Origin: an uncultured Chloroflexia bacterium | GTDB lineage: Bacteria; Chloroflexota; Limnocylindria; Limnocylindrales; CSP1-4 | Direction: 5' to 3' | NCBI GenBank assembly: GCA_963728605.1 | Contig: CAVSKS010000009.1 | Location: 77,447 to 141,446, forward strand | DNA length: 64,000 nt | Shown: piece after piece, positions 1 through 7,402 of the stretch | How positions within the stretch are numbered: the first letter of the stretch is position 1 | Layout: the number at the start of each line of letters is the position of its first letter | The notes under the pieces: model-generated | Seen by the model: the letters and a program-made list of their open reading frames with translations, nothing else | The model's database searches: none | Told to the model about the DNA's origin: nothing | Position numbers and translations under genes: made by a program

Positions 1-1242
1 GTCGGGACTGATCGAGCCGATCCCGGGCTCGACGAGATTGCCCGTCAACACGCCAAGGGGGCTCGTCCGCGGTGGGGCGATCGCGAGCGTCGGCGTTTCG
101 GGCAGGTCGCGAGGCAGGAAGCCCTCGAAGATGATCAGCTCGAACTGGTCGAGGCCCGTCGTCGAGGCGTAGTCACGAGGAGTGCGCCCGTACAGCTCGA
201 TGTTGGGCAGCTTCGACAGCGCGACCTCGAGATACGGGTCGCCCTCGCCGACGAGGAGCACCTGCTTGAGCGCGTCATTCGGGACGACGGCCCAGGCTCG
301 GTCGTCGATCGTGAGCTGGTCGGGCGCCACGCCGGGGTCGTCGGGGTTGACGAGGCGGACCTCGATGACGTCGATCCGGCGGGTGTTCTGCTGGGTGATG
401 TCGTCGATGACGACGTCCGCCCGCCGCTGGGCGTCGATCACGACGTCGCGAGCCTCGATCAGCGAGCCGTCGCCGTAGATCTCGACCCGCCGTTCGGCTG
501 TCTCGAGGTCGAGGTTGGCAATGCTGACGAAGGCCGTCTTGGTGAGGCCGGACGGCGCCGACCGGATCGCCAGCGCGACGATGGCCTGGTTCTTGCCCTC
601 GCGGCCCACCTGGAGGACCCGGATCGGGGCCTGGACGCGGGTCGTCGGCACGTCGGCCAGTGCCGCGTCAGTGGCGATCAGGATCTCCGCGTCGCCCGAA
701 CGTGCGGCCAGCGCGGACCCGAGCCGCAATGCGTCGCCCAGGTCGCCGGTTGAGGCCGTGGTCTCGATCGACGCGATCGCCTGGCGGACCCGTCCCAGGT
801 CGGACGAGCCCGTGACCACGACCCGCGCGGTGCGGCCGGCGGCGATGACGCTCACCTTGCCCCCCGATGGCAGGTCGCGTAGCGCCTCCACGGCCGCGTC
901 CTTGGCGGCCTGCAGCCGGTTCGGAAGGACGTCCGTGGCGCCCATGCTGGCCGACGCGTCCACGATCAGGACGAGGTCCCGGGCCAGGCCGGCGGGCCGC
1001 TCGAGGAACGGCCGCGCGGCAAGGAGCGCGAGCGCGATGACGAGCAGCAGCTGGAGGAGCAGCAGCAGGCTACGGCGGAGGCGTTGCCACGGCGCGTTGG
1101 CCTCGACGTCGGCGACGAGCCGGCTCCAGAGCAGGGTGGATGGGATGACCGTCTCGTCGCGGCGCAGCTTGAGCAGGTACATCGCCACGACGAGCGGGAC
1201 GAACAGGAGGCCGAGCAGGGCGAGCGGGGTGGCAAATGGCAT
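1..1242 (-). CDS. VWA-domain membrane protein, BatA-like (partial; C-terminus runs off window start)
   Basis: Absent from the ORF track because there is no stop inside the window. My translation of the minus strand from ATG 1242-1240 gives MPFATPLALLGLLFVPLVVAMYLLKLRRDETVIPSTLLWSRL (BatA-type N-terminal TM region), then LVLIVDASASMGATD (VWA MIDAS DxSxS). The frame stays open to position 1. The start lies 9 nt after the DUF58 stop. Confidence 0.8.
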   Translation of the reverse strand, partial: MPFATPLALLGLLFVPLVVAMYLLKLRRDETVIPSTLLWSRLVADVEANAPWQRLRRSLLLLLQLLLVIALALLAARPFLERPAGLARDLVLIVDASASMGATDVLPNRLQAAKDAAVEALRDLPSGGKVSVIAAGRTARVVVTGSSDLGRVRQAIASIETTASTGDLGDALRLGSALAARSGDAEILIATDAALADVPTTRVQAPIRVLQVGREGKNQAIVALAIRSAPSGLTKTAFVSIANLDLETAERRVEIYGDGSLIEARDVVIDAQRRADVVIDDITQQNTRRIDVIEVRLVNPDDPGVAPDQLTIDDRAWAVVPNDALKQVLLVGEGDPYLEVALSKLPNIELYGRTPRDYASTTGLDQFELIIFEGFLPRDLPETPTLAIAPPRTSPLGVLTGNLVEPGIGSISPD

Positions 1243-1251
1243 CGGCGCGCC

Positions 1252-2190
1252 CTAGCCGAGTACTCTGCGGCGCCGTAGCTCGGCGAAGATGAGGTCCGCC
1301 AGCGGCAGGTCACTGGGCAGGTTCACGTAGCTGGCCCGTCGCTTGGCGGCCAGGTCCGCGAACCCCTCCTGCCAGGCGGCCAAGCGGGCCTTGTAGCCAT
1401 CGATCGTCGCCAGGTCGACGGTCACGTCGATTCCGTCGCCGGTCTCGGCGTCCACCAGCCGGAGGTCGCCCTCGAGCTTGGGATCCAGCTCATCGGGCGA
1501 GAGGACGTGGAGGATGATCAGCTCGGAGTTCGTGGCCGCCAGCTCGCGGATCACCCGGTCCGCGTTGGGATCGAGTAGATCGGAGATCAGGACGATCACG
1601 CCCCGGCCGCTGAGCTGGGCGGCCGCGTGGCGGGCCGAGGCCAGGAGGTCCGTCGGCCCCTCGGCGGGCGCGATCCCGGACAGGTTCGAGAGGAGCCGGA
1701 ACACGCGGCCACTGCCGCGCAGCGACGAGTGGCGACGAGCCGCGCGGCCGGCCAGGATCGACAAGGCGATCCGGTCCTCGGACGCCAGCCCGATGTAGCC
1801 CAGCGCCGCGGCGGCGCGCTTGGCGAAGAGGAGCTTCTCCGGGCGGCCGCTGGCCATCGAGGCCGAGGCGTCGATGAGGAAGGTGACGGTGACGTCCTCC
1901 TCCTCGATGAACAGCTTGACGAACAGCTTCTCGAGGCGGGCGTAGACGTTCCAGTCGAGCTGGCGGAGGTCGTCGCCCAGCGAGTAGTCGCGGTAATCGG
2001 CGAACTCGACCGACTGCCCCCGCTTGACGCTCCGCCGGCCGCCCTTGAGACCGCCCCGAACCGGCGATTTCATCAGCAGCAGCAGCCGCTCCAGCTGGCG
2101 CAGGAAGGCCTCGTCGAAGACGGTCGAATCGACGTCGTTCGGCAGGAAGACGGGACGCGTCCGGCCCTCGGGAGCCTGGGAGAGGGTCAT
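1252..2190 (-). CDS. DUF58 family protein (MoxR-associated, VWA-like)
   Basis: 312-aa ORF. GQSVEFADYRDYSLGDDLRQLDWNVYARLEKLFVKLF and FLIDASASM are typical DUF58 motifs. Sits between the MoxR and VWA genes. Confidence 0.85.
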   Translation of the reverse strand: MTLSQAPEGRTRPVFLPNDVDSTVFDEAFLRQLERLLLLMKSPVRGGLKGGRRSVKRGQSVEFADYRDYSLGDDLRQLDWNVYARLEKLFVKLFIEEEDVTVTFLIDASASMASGRPEKLLFAKRAAAALGYIGLASEDRIALSILAGRAARRHSSLRGSGRVFRLLSNLSGIAPAEGPTDLLASARHAAAQLSGRGVIVLISDLLDPNADRVIRELAATNSELIILHVLSPDELDPKLEGDLRLVDAETGDGIDVTVDLATIDGYKARLAAWQEGFADLAAKRRASYVNLPSDLPLADLIFAELRRRRVLG

Positions 2191-2215
2191 TTCGGGCGGT
2201 GGACCGCGGACGGCC

Positions 2216-3232
2216 CTATTCGACCGACGGCGCGGCCACCGTGTCCAGGATCGTCCTGACGGCGGCCTCGGTGGTGATGCCCTCGGCCTCGCCCTCGAAA
2301 TTGAGGATGATCCGATGGCGGAGCGCGGGTAGGGCCGCCGCGCGGATGTCGTCGATCGAGACGTTGAACCGGCCGTCCATGAGGGCGCCGATCTTGCCGG
2401 CCGTCACCAGCGCCTGGGCGCCACGCGGCGAGCCACCGTAGCGGACGTACTCGCGAACGAGCTCCGGCGCCCGCGGCTGGTCGGGATGCGTCGCCGCGAG
2501 GATGCTGACCGCGAAGGCGGTCACGTGCGGGGCGATCGGCACGGCCCGGGCGAGCCGCTGCATCTCGACGATCTCCGCCGCGGTGCAGACCTTCTGCGCC
2601 TGGGCCGAATCGCTGCCGGTGGTCCGGTCGACGATCTGGACGAGATCCTCCTCCGAAGGGAACGGGACCATCACCTTGAACAGGAAGCGGTCCAGCTGTG
2701 CCTCGGGGAGGGGGTACGTTCCCTCCATCTCCAGCGGGTTCTGCGTCGCGAGGACGAAGAACGGCGGGTCCAGCGGGTAGCGCTGGCGGGCGACGGTGAC
2801 CTGGTGCTCCTGCATCGCCTCGAGCAGCGACGACTGGGTCTTTGGCGTGGCGCGGTTGATCTCGTCGGCCAGGACGAGGTTGGCGAACACCGGGCCCGGC
2901 TGGAACCGGAAGATCCGGTTGCCCTCCTCCTCGATGAGGATGTTCGTGCCGGTGATGTCGGCCGGCATCAGGTCCGGCGTGAACTGGATGCGGTTGAACG
3001 AGCAGTCGATCACGTCGGCGATCGTTCGGACGAGCATCGTCTTGCCGAGACCCGGGACACCCTCGAGCAGGGCGTGGCCGTTGGCCAGGAGGCAGGTAAG
3101 CGTGTGGCGGACCAGCGCCGCCTGGCCGACGATGACCCGGCCGACCTCACGCTCGATCGCCTGGGCGCGTTCGGCGAAGGTCTCCGGCGCGAGCTGCCCC
3201 GCTGGCGGGGCGACGGTGGTCGTGGCGTCCAT
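2216..3232 (-). CDS. MoxR-family AAA+ ATPase
   Basis: 338-aa ORF. Walker A GVPGLGKT; Walker B region LVLADEINRATPKTQSSLLEAMQE; FFVLATQNPLEMEGTYPLPEAQLDRF is the MoxR (AAA_3) signature. Confidence 0.92.
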   Translation of the reverse strand: MDATTTVAPPAGQLAPETFAERAQAIEREVGRVIVGQAALVRHTLTCLLANGHALLEGVPGLGKTMLVRTIADVIDCSFNRIQFTPDLMPADITGTNILIEEEGNRIFRFQPGPVFANLVLADEINRATPKTQSSLLEAMQEHQVTVARQRYPLDPPFFVLATQNPLEMEGTYPLPEAQLDRFLFKVMVPFPSEEDLVQIVDRTTGSDSAQAQKVCTAAEIVEMQRLARAVPIAPHVTAFAVSILAATHPDQPRAPELVREYVRYGGSPRGAQALVTAGKIGALMDGRFNVSIDDIRAAALPALRHRIILNFEGEAEGITTEAAVRTILDTVAAPSVE

Positions 3233-3279
3233 GGTTCGGAGTTCCTCCGTGACGGGTCGCTGGTAGCCGCCTGGGATCC

Positions 3280-5220
3280 CTAGTTGCTGGGATCGAGCGA
3301 CGAGAAGTAGTCCCGAACGAAGTCCTTCACGGACAGCGGGATGTAGTTCCGCTCGAGGGACGTCATCGCGAAGTCCTCGAAGGTCGTGAACACGTCCTGG
3401 TAGGGGACATAGCTGCCGTTGTCGATGCCCTGGCCGCTGTTGTTGCCTTGCTGGCTCTGGCCGTCGCCACCGGTCCCGGCGACATAGGACGGATCGCCCG
3501 GCTGACCGAGGCGGTCGAACGGCGCAAAGACGCTGGCGAGATCCTCGCCGAGCTCAGAGATGCGGTTCGGGTTGACGGGCACGCCCGGCATACCGGAGCT
3601 GCTGCCCGTCCCGAGGTGGGTCGCATTGCTGCCGCCGCCACCAAGCGACCCGCCTTGGCCTTGGCCCTGGCCCTGGCCTTGACCCTGCCCCTGCCCCTGG
3701 CCCTGTCCCTGTCCCTGGCCCTGGCCCTGGCCTTGACCCTGCCCCTGCCCCTGGCCCTGACCCTGCCCCTGGCCCTGGCCTTGACCCTGCCCCTGGCCCT
3801 GACCCTGCCCCTGCTGGCCCTGCTGCCCTTGACCCTGCTGGCCTTGACCCTGCTGGCCTTGACCCTGCTGGCCTTGACCCTGCTGGCCCTGGCCCTGCTG
3901 GCCCTGGCCCTGCTGGCCTGCGTTGGCAAGGTTGCGGCGCGCATCCTGGAGGCGCGACGCCGCCGAGGCGAGATCACGGTTGACGTCAACCCGACCCTCC
4001 GCGTTCTCCAGCGCCTCACCAAGGCGATCGAGGGCAGCCCGAGCGCCCGCCGTGTCTCCCTGGCCCAGGCTCTGGGCGGCGTCCCGAAGCGCCTGTCCGG
4101 CGGCGCCGTCGGCCTGGCTGGCCGTCGACTGCTGCTCGGTGAGCTGGCGAGCCAGCTCCCGGCGCTCTTCCGGCGTCATCTCGTCGAGCTCCCCGGCGAG
4201 ATCCTTGAGGTCGTCCTTGGTTTCCTTCGGGTCGCCGTCCTGGTTTGCCGTGGGCGATCCCGTGGCCGTCCGCGAGAGGGCGCGAGACAGCGTGGTCAGC
4301 GCCGATGCGCGCTGCTCGTTGGCCGGGTCCAGCTGGGCCCGGACGTTGCCCTCGAGCGTGCCGAGCTTGGCGAGGTTCAGGTCGAGGTCACCGGGCCGGT
4401 CGCGCAGCTGCTGCGCCAGCTCACGAAGCTCCTTGGCGAGCTGGGTCCGGGGGTCGTTGGCGTCGGCGCCTTCGGACTCCAGGTCCTCGGCGATGTCGTC
4501 GATCCGCTCCGCCTGTCGAGCGGCTTCCTCGCGAACACGCTGGAGGTCGGCGATCCGGATGTCCTGCGGATTGGGGATCAGGAGAACGGGCACCAGCAGC
4601 ACCGCCGCCAGGAAGCTGCCGGCAGCCGGGCTCCGCGAGAACCGCGGCCGGAACAGGTTGGCGGGTGCCGTGCGGAGCGCATTGAGGGCGTCGTGTCGCT
4701 GTCGGCGCACGAACCGACGCTCTTCGCCGGCGTCGTCGAGCGGATGATCCGGATCCGCTTCGTCGTCCGGGGTGGGACCCGCGGCGGACGGGACGGCGGC
4801 CGCGAGGGCAAGCGCACTCGTCACCCGGTCGCCGAGGTGGCCTTCCGAGTCGACGGCAATGGCCGTCTCGCCGAGCGACGGACGCGCCAGCACCGCGGCG
4901 CCGATCAGGCCGAGCAGGCCGACGAACGGGATCGCGACGGCGATGGCCGGGGCGAGCTCGATCGGCGTCAGCCGGGCCAGCGTCCACAGCACCAGCTCCG
5001 CGGCAACGACGACCGCCAGGGTGATGAACGCCCGGCGGACGAACCGGCGCAACCAGAGCCGTCGGGCGTGCGGCCGCAGCTCGGTCCTGATCCGCTCGAG
5101 ATCCGGGTCGAGTGGCCCCGCGACCACGACCCGCGGATCCGGTGGCGTGAACCGTCGTGCCTCCGCGGCGTGCGCCCGGCGGTTGCTGAGCCGGCGTCGG
5201 ATCGTGGCGCGACTGATCAC
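3280..5220 (-). CDS. Multi-pass membrane protein with long Gln/Gly repeat tract, function unknown (MoxR-operon member)
   Basis: ORF 3280..5355, with the start moved to GTG 5220-5218, which forms a GTGA overlap with the permease stop at 5217-5219. Hydrophobic helices FITLAVVVAAELVLWTL, IAVAIPFVGLLGLIGAAVL and FLAAVLLVPVLLI. A charged coiled-coil-like middle, a ~89-aa QG tract, then C-terminal ...NYIPLSVKDFVRDYFSSLDPSN. I recognise no family. Confidence 0.75.
   Translation of the reverse strand: MISRATIRRRLSNRRAHAAEARRFTPPDPRVVVAGPLDPDLERIRTELRPHARRLWLRRFVRRAFITLAVVVAAELVLWTLARLTPIELAPAIAVAIPFVGLLGLIGAAVLARPSLGETAIAVDSEGHLGDRVTSALALAAAVPSAAGPTPDDEADPDHPLDDAGEERRFVRRQRHDALNALRTAPANLFRPRFSRSPAAGSFLAAVLLVPVLLIPNPQDIRIADLQRVREEAARQAERIDDIAEDLESEGADANDPRTQLAKELRELAQQLRDRPGDLDLNLAKLGTLEGNVRAQLDPANEQRASALTTLSRALSRTATGSPTANQDGDPKETKDDLKDLAGELDEMTPEERRELARQLTEQQSTASQADGAAGQALRDAAQSLGQGDTAGARAALDRLGEALENAEGRVDVNRDLASAASRLQDARRNLANAGQQGQGQQGQGQQGQGQQGQGQQGQGQQGQGQQGQQGQGQGQGQGQGQGQGQGQGQGQGQGQGQGQGQGQGQGQGQGQGQGQGQGQGQGGSLGGGGSNATHLGTGSSSGMPGVPVNPNRISELGEDLASVFAPFDRLGQPGDPSYVAGTGGDGQSQQGNNSGQGIDNGSYVPYQDVFTTFEDFAMTSLERNYIPLSVKDFVRDYFSSLDPSN
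3651..3918. repeat. Hexanucleotide-type microsatellite (ctggcc/ctgccc/ttgacc variants) encoding (QG)n/(QQG)n
   Basis: Read directly: ~45 consecutive 6-nt units. Translates on the minus strand to QQGQGQQGQG...GQGQGQGQGQG. On the plus strand it creates a spurious ALALAL ORF (3448..5592). Confidence 0.9.
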
Positions 5221-6434
5221 GTGGATACCCTCCGGGGGCGGCGCAGGAAGCCCGGCAGGCGCGGGTTCCAGCGGCGCGTTGGCGTTACGAGTTGGACGGA
5301 TGCACCGATGAGGACGATCGAGACGATCAACCAGGCGGCGGCGCTCTTCGGCCACAACGCGTTGGTCGTGGTACTGAGCACGGGCTGGACGATGACGTCG
5401 TCGAATCCGACGTCAGGGGCGATCGGGAACGGATCGGGCCGGACCCCGGGATCTGTCGGATTCGTCGGCTGCGTGCCGATCGTCGAGAAGACCGACCGGT
5501 TGGTAACCAGGGCCACGTGCCGGCAGCGATCACCGATCCCGTTCTCGACCGGACAGACGACGTCCGCCTGGGCGAAGTACGGGTTGAGGTAGACGAGCAC
5601 CTCCGGCGGCCGCCCGCGGATCGGGCCGAAGCCCTGGTTCGGCAGCCCGCCATTGGTCATCGAGTTCCAGAAGGTCACGATGAAGAGCGTGCCGAGGGTG
5701 AACACGAGGGCCGTGAAATACGAGGCCACGGTCGCCGCCTGGGTGCGCTTCAGCAGGGCCGAAAAGAACAACCCCACCGATCCCAGCCCGACGGCCGTGG
5801 TGAGCAGCACGAGGTACGCCTTGACGACGTCGTCCGGGGCGACGCCACCGAAGACGAAGACCATGGCGGTCAGCGGGATCGAGGCGAAGATCAGGATGAA
5901 CAGGTACGTCAGGGCGCTGAACAGCTTGGCCACCACGATCGAGAGCGATGAGATCGGGGTGGTCGCCAGCAGGTCGAGGGTCTGCTTCTCGCGCTCCAGG
6001 CTGATGGCGCCGGCGGTGAATGCCGGGGCCAGCACCACGACGAGCAGCGTCTCGAGCATCACCAGGCCGGTGAAGACACCGGCCCCGATCTCTGCCGAGG
6101 CAAACGCGGCCGAGCCCGCACCACGGCTCCGCTCCTCGACGAGGATCAACTCCATCATCCAGGCGAAGGCCGCCAGCAGCATCAGGTAGACGGTCAGGAT
6201 CACGAACGCCCGCCGGCCGCGCATCCGGCCGCGGAGCTCCTTGACGCCGATCGCCGTCAGCCCCGACAGGGCGCCGGCCATGGCGAGTCGCGGGTTGAGG
6301 CTGCGGCGTTGGCGCCGAGGCTCGCCCACCGACAGCGTCGGCGCCGAGCCTGGGGTCAGCTCCTCGATCGTGGCTTCGTCGGCGTCCGTCAACGCGCCGG
6401 GCGTGGCCTCGTCGACCGGCATCGCGTCGCGCAT
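5217..6434 (-). CDS. ABC-2 type transporter permease
   Basis: The track ORF (584 aa) is over-extended. ATG 6434 (MRDAMPVDEA...) lies 11 nt after the ATPase stop. Multiple TM segments (FVILTVYLMLLAAFAWMMELIL, VFTGLVMLETLLVVVLAPAF, LTYLFILIFASIPLTAMVFVFG, etc.) are typical of ABC-2 permeases. Confidence 0.8.
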   Translation of the reverse strand: MRDAMPVDEATPGALTDADEATIEELTPGSAPTLSVGEPRRQRRSLNPRLAMAGALSGLTAIGVKELRGRMRGRRAFVILTVYLMLLAAFAWMMELILVEERSRGAGSAAFASAEIGAGVFTGLVMLETLLVVVLAPAFTAGAISLEREKQTLDLLATTPISSLSIVVAKLFSALTYLFILIFASIPLTAMVFVFGGVAPDDVVKAYLVLLTTAVGLGSVGLFFSALLKRTQAATVASYFTALVFTLGTLFIVTFWNSMTNGGLPNQGFGPIRGRPPEVLVYLNPYFAQADVVCPVENGIGDRCRHVALVTNRSVFSTIGTQPTNPTDPGVRPDPFPIAPDVGFDDVIVQPVLSTTTNALWPKSAAAWLIVSIVLIGASVQLVTPTRRWNPRLPGFLRRPRRVST

Positions 6435-6445
6435 CGCATCGGGCC

Positions 6446-7402
6446 TCACGCTGCCGAGCTCTCGGGCTGGGCGGTGACCTGGAGGAACAGCTCCTCGAGG
6501 TCGCTGGCCGCGCGGGCGAAGCTCGCCACCTGGATGCCCGCGCCGACGGCCGCGGCCAGCAGCTGGGCCGACGCGGCGTCGTCGCCACGGAAGCCGATCT
6601 CGATCATCCCGTCGTCGAGGACCGCGACCGATGCGACATGTGGCTGGCTCGCGAAATGGCCGTGGGCGGCGTCGAGCGCCGTCTCGTCGCCGAGGACCCG
6701 GACTCGCAGCACGGCGCCCACCCGCAGCCGCCGCTCGATCTCCGACACGCGGCCCTGGGCGAGCACCTTGCCGCGGTCGATGATCGCGACGCTGGTGCAC
6801 AGCTCCTCGAGCTCCGGGAGGATGTGGCTGCTGATGAGGATCGTCTTGCCGAGGGAGCGCAGCTCGCGGAGCAGCTCGCGCAGCTCGACCCGGGCCCGCG
6901 GGTCCAGGCCGGAGGCCGGCTCGTCGAGGATCAGGACCTGCGGATCGTGGACCAGCGTGTGGGCCAGGCACAGCCGCTGCTGCATGCCCCGGGACAGCGC
7001 CTGGACGTAGCTGTCGCGCTTGTCGCCGAGGTCGACGAGCTCCAGCAGGTCGGCGATCATCTGGCGCCGCCGGGCGGGCGGAATGCCGTAGCAGCGGGCG
7101 AAGAAGTCCAGGTACTCCCAGACCTTCATGTCGTCGTACACCCCGAAGACATCCGGCATGAACCCGAGGACGCGCCGGACGGCGTTGGGGTTCCGTGTGA
7201 CCGACGCTCCGGCCACCTCGGCGTCGCCGGCCGTCGGCTGGAGGAGCGTCGCCAGGATGCGGAGAGTCGTCGTCTTGCCGGCGCCGTTGGGGCCGACCAG
7301 GCCGAAGATCTCGCCCTCCTGGACGGACAGATCGAGCCCGCCGACCGCAAGGGTGTGGTCGTAGCGCTTGACCAGGCCGTGGGTGGTGACGATCGCACTC
7401 AC
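6446..7402 (-). CDS. ABC transporter ATP-binding protein
   Basis: Start GTG 7402-7400 forms a GTGA overlap with the upstream gene's stop. Walker A GPNGAGKTT, signature LSRGMQQRL, Walker B VLILDEPASGLD, and a C-terminal accessory domain. Confidence 0.92.
   Translation of the reverse strand: MSAIVTTHGLVKRYDHTLAVGGLDLSVQEGEIFGLVGPNGAGKTTTLRILATLLQPTAGDAEVAGASVTRNPNAVRRVLGFMPDVFGVYDDMKVWEYLDFFARCYGIPPARRRQMIADLLELVDLGDKRDSYVQALSRGMQQRLCLAHTLVHDPQVLILDEPASGLDPRARVELRELLRELRSLGKTILISSHILPELEELCTSVAIIDRGKVLAQGRVSEIERRLRVGAVLRVRVLGDETALDAAHGHFASQPHVASVAVLDDGMIEIGFRGDDAASAQLLAAAVGAGIQVASFARAASDLEELFLQVTAQPESSAA

Noticed and set aside
3448-5592. 714-aa plus-strand ORF (and other long plus-strand ORFs) opposite the QG-repeat gene
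   Set aside because: It is the antisense of a gene with clear membrane and repeat structure. Its sequence is ALALAL/Arg/Pro-rich low-complexity generated by the hexanucleotide array and by high-GC stop-codon scarcity.
5217-6971. Long N-terminal extensions in the ORF track (5217..6971, 6446..7639, 19401..20147, 28244..30211, 32760..36095, 56559..58211, 61917..62543, 24672..25778)
   Set aside because: The extensions overlap upstream genes and are Arg/Pro/Gly-rich. Internal ATG/GTG starts with purine-rich RBS or 4-nt stop/start overlaps give proteins that begin where family homology begins.
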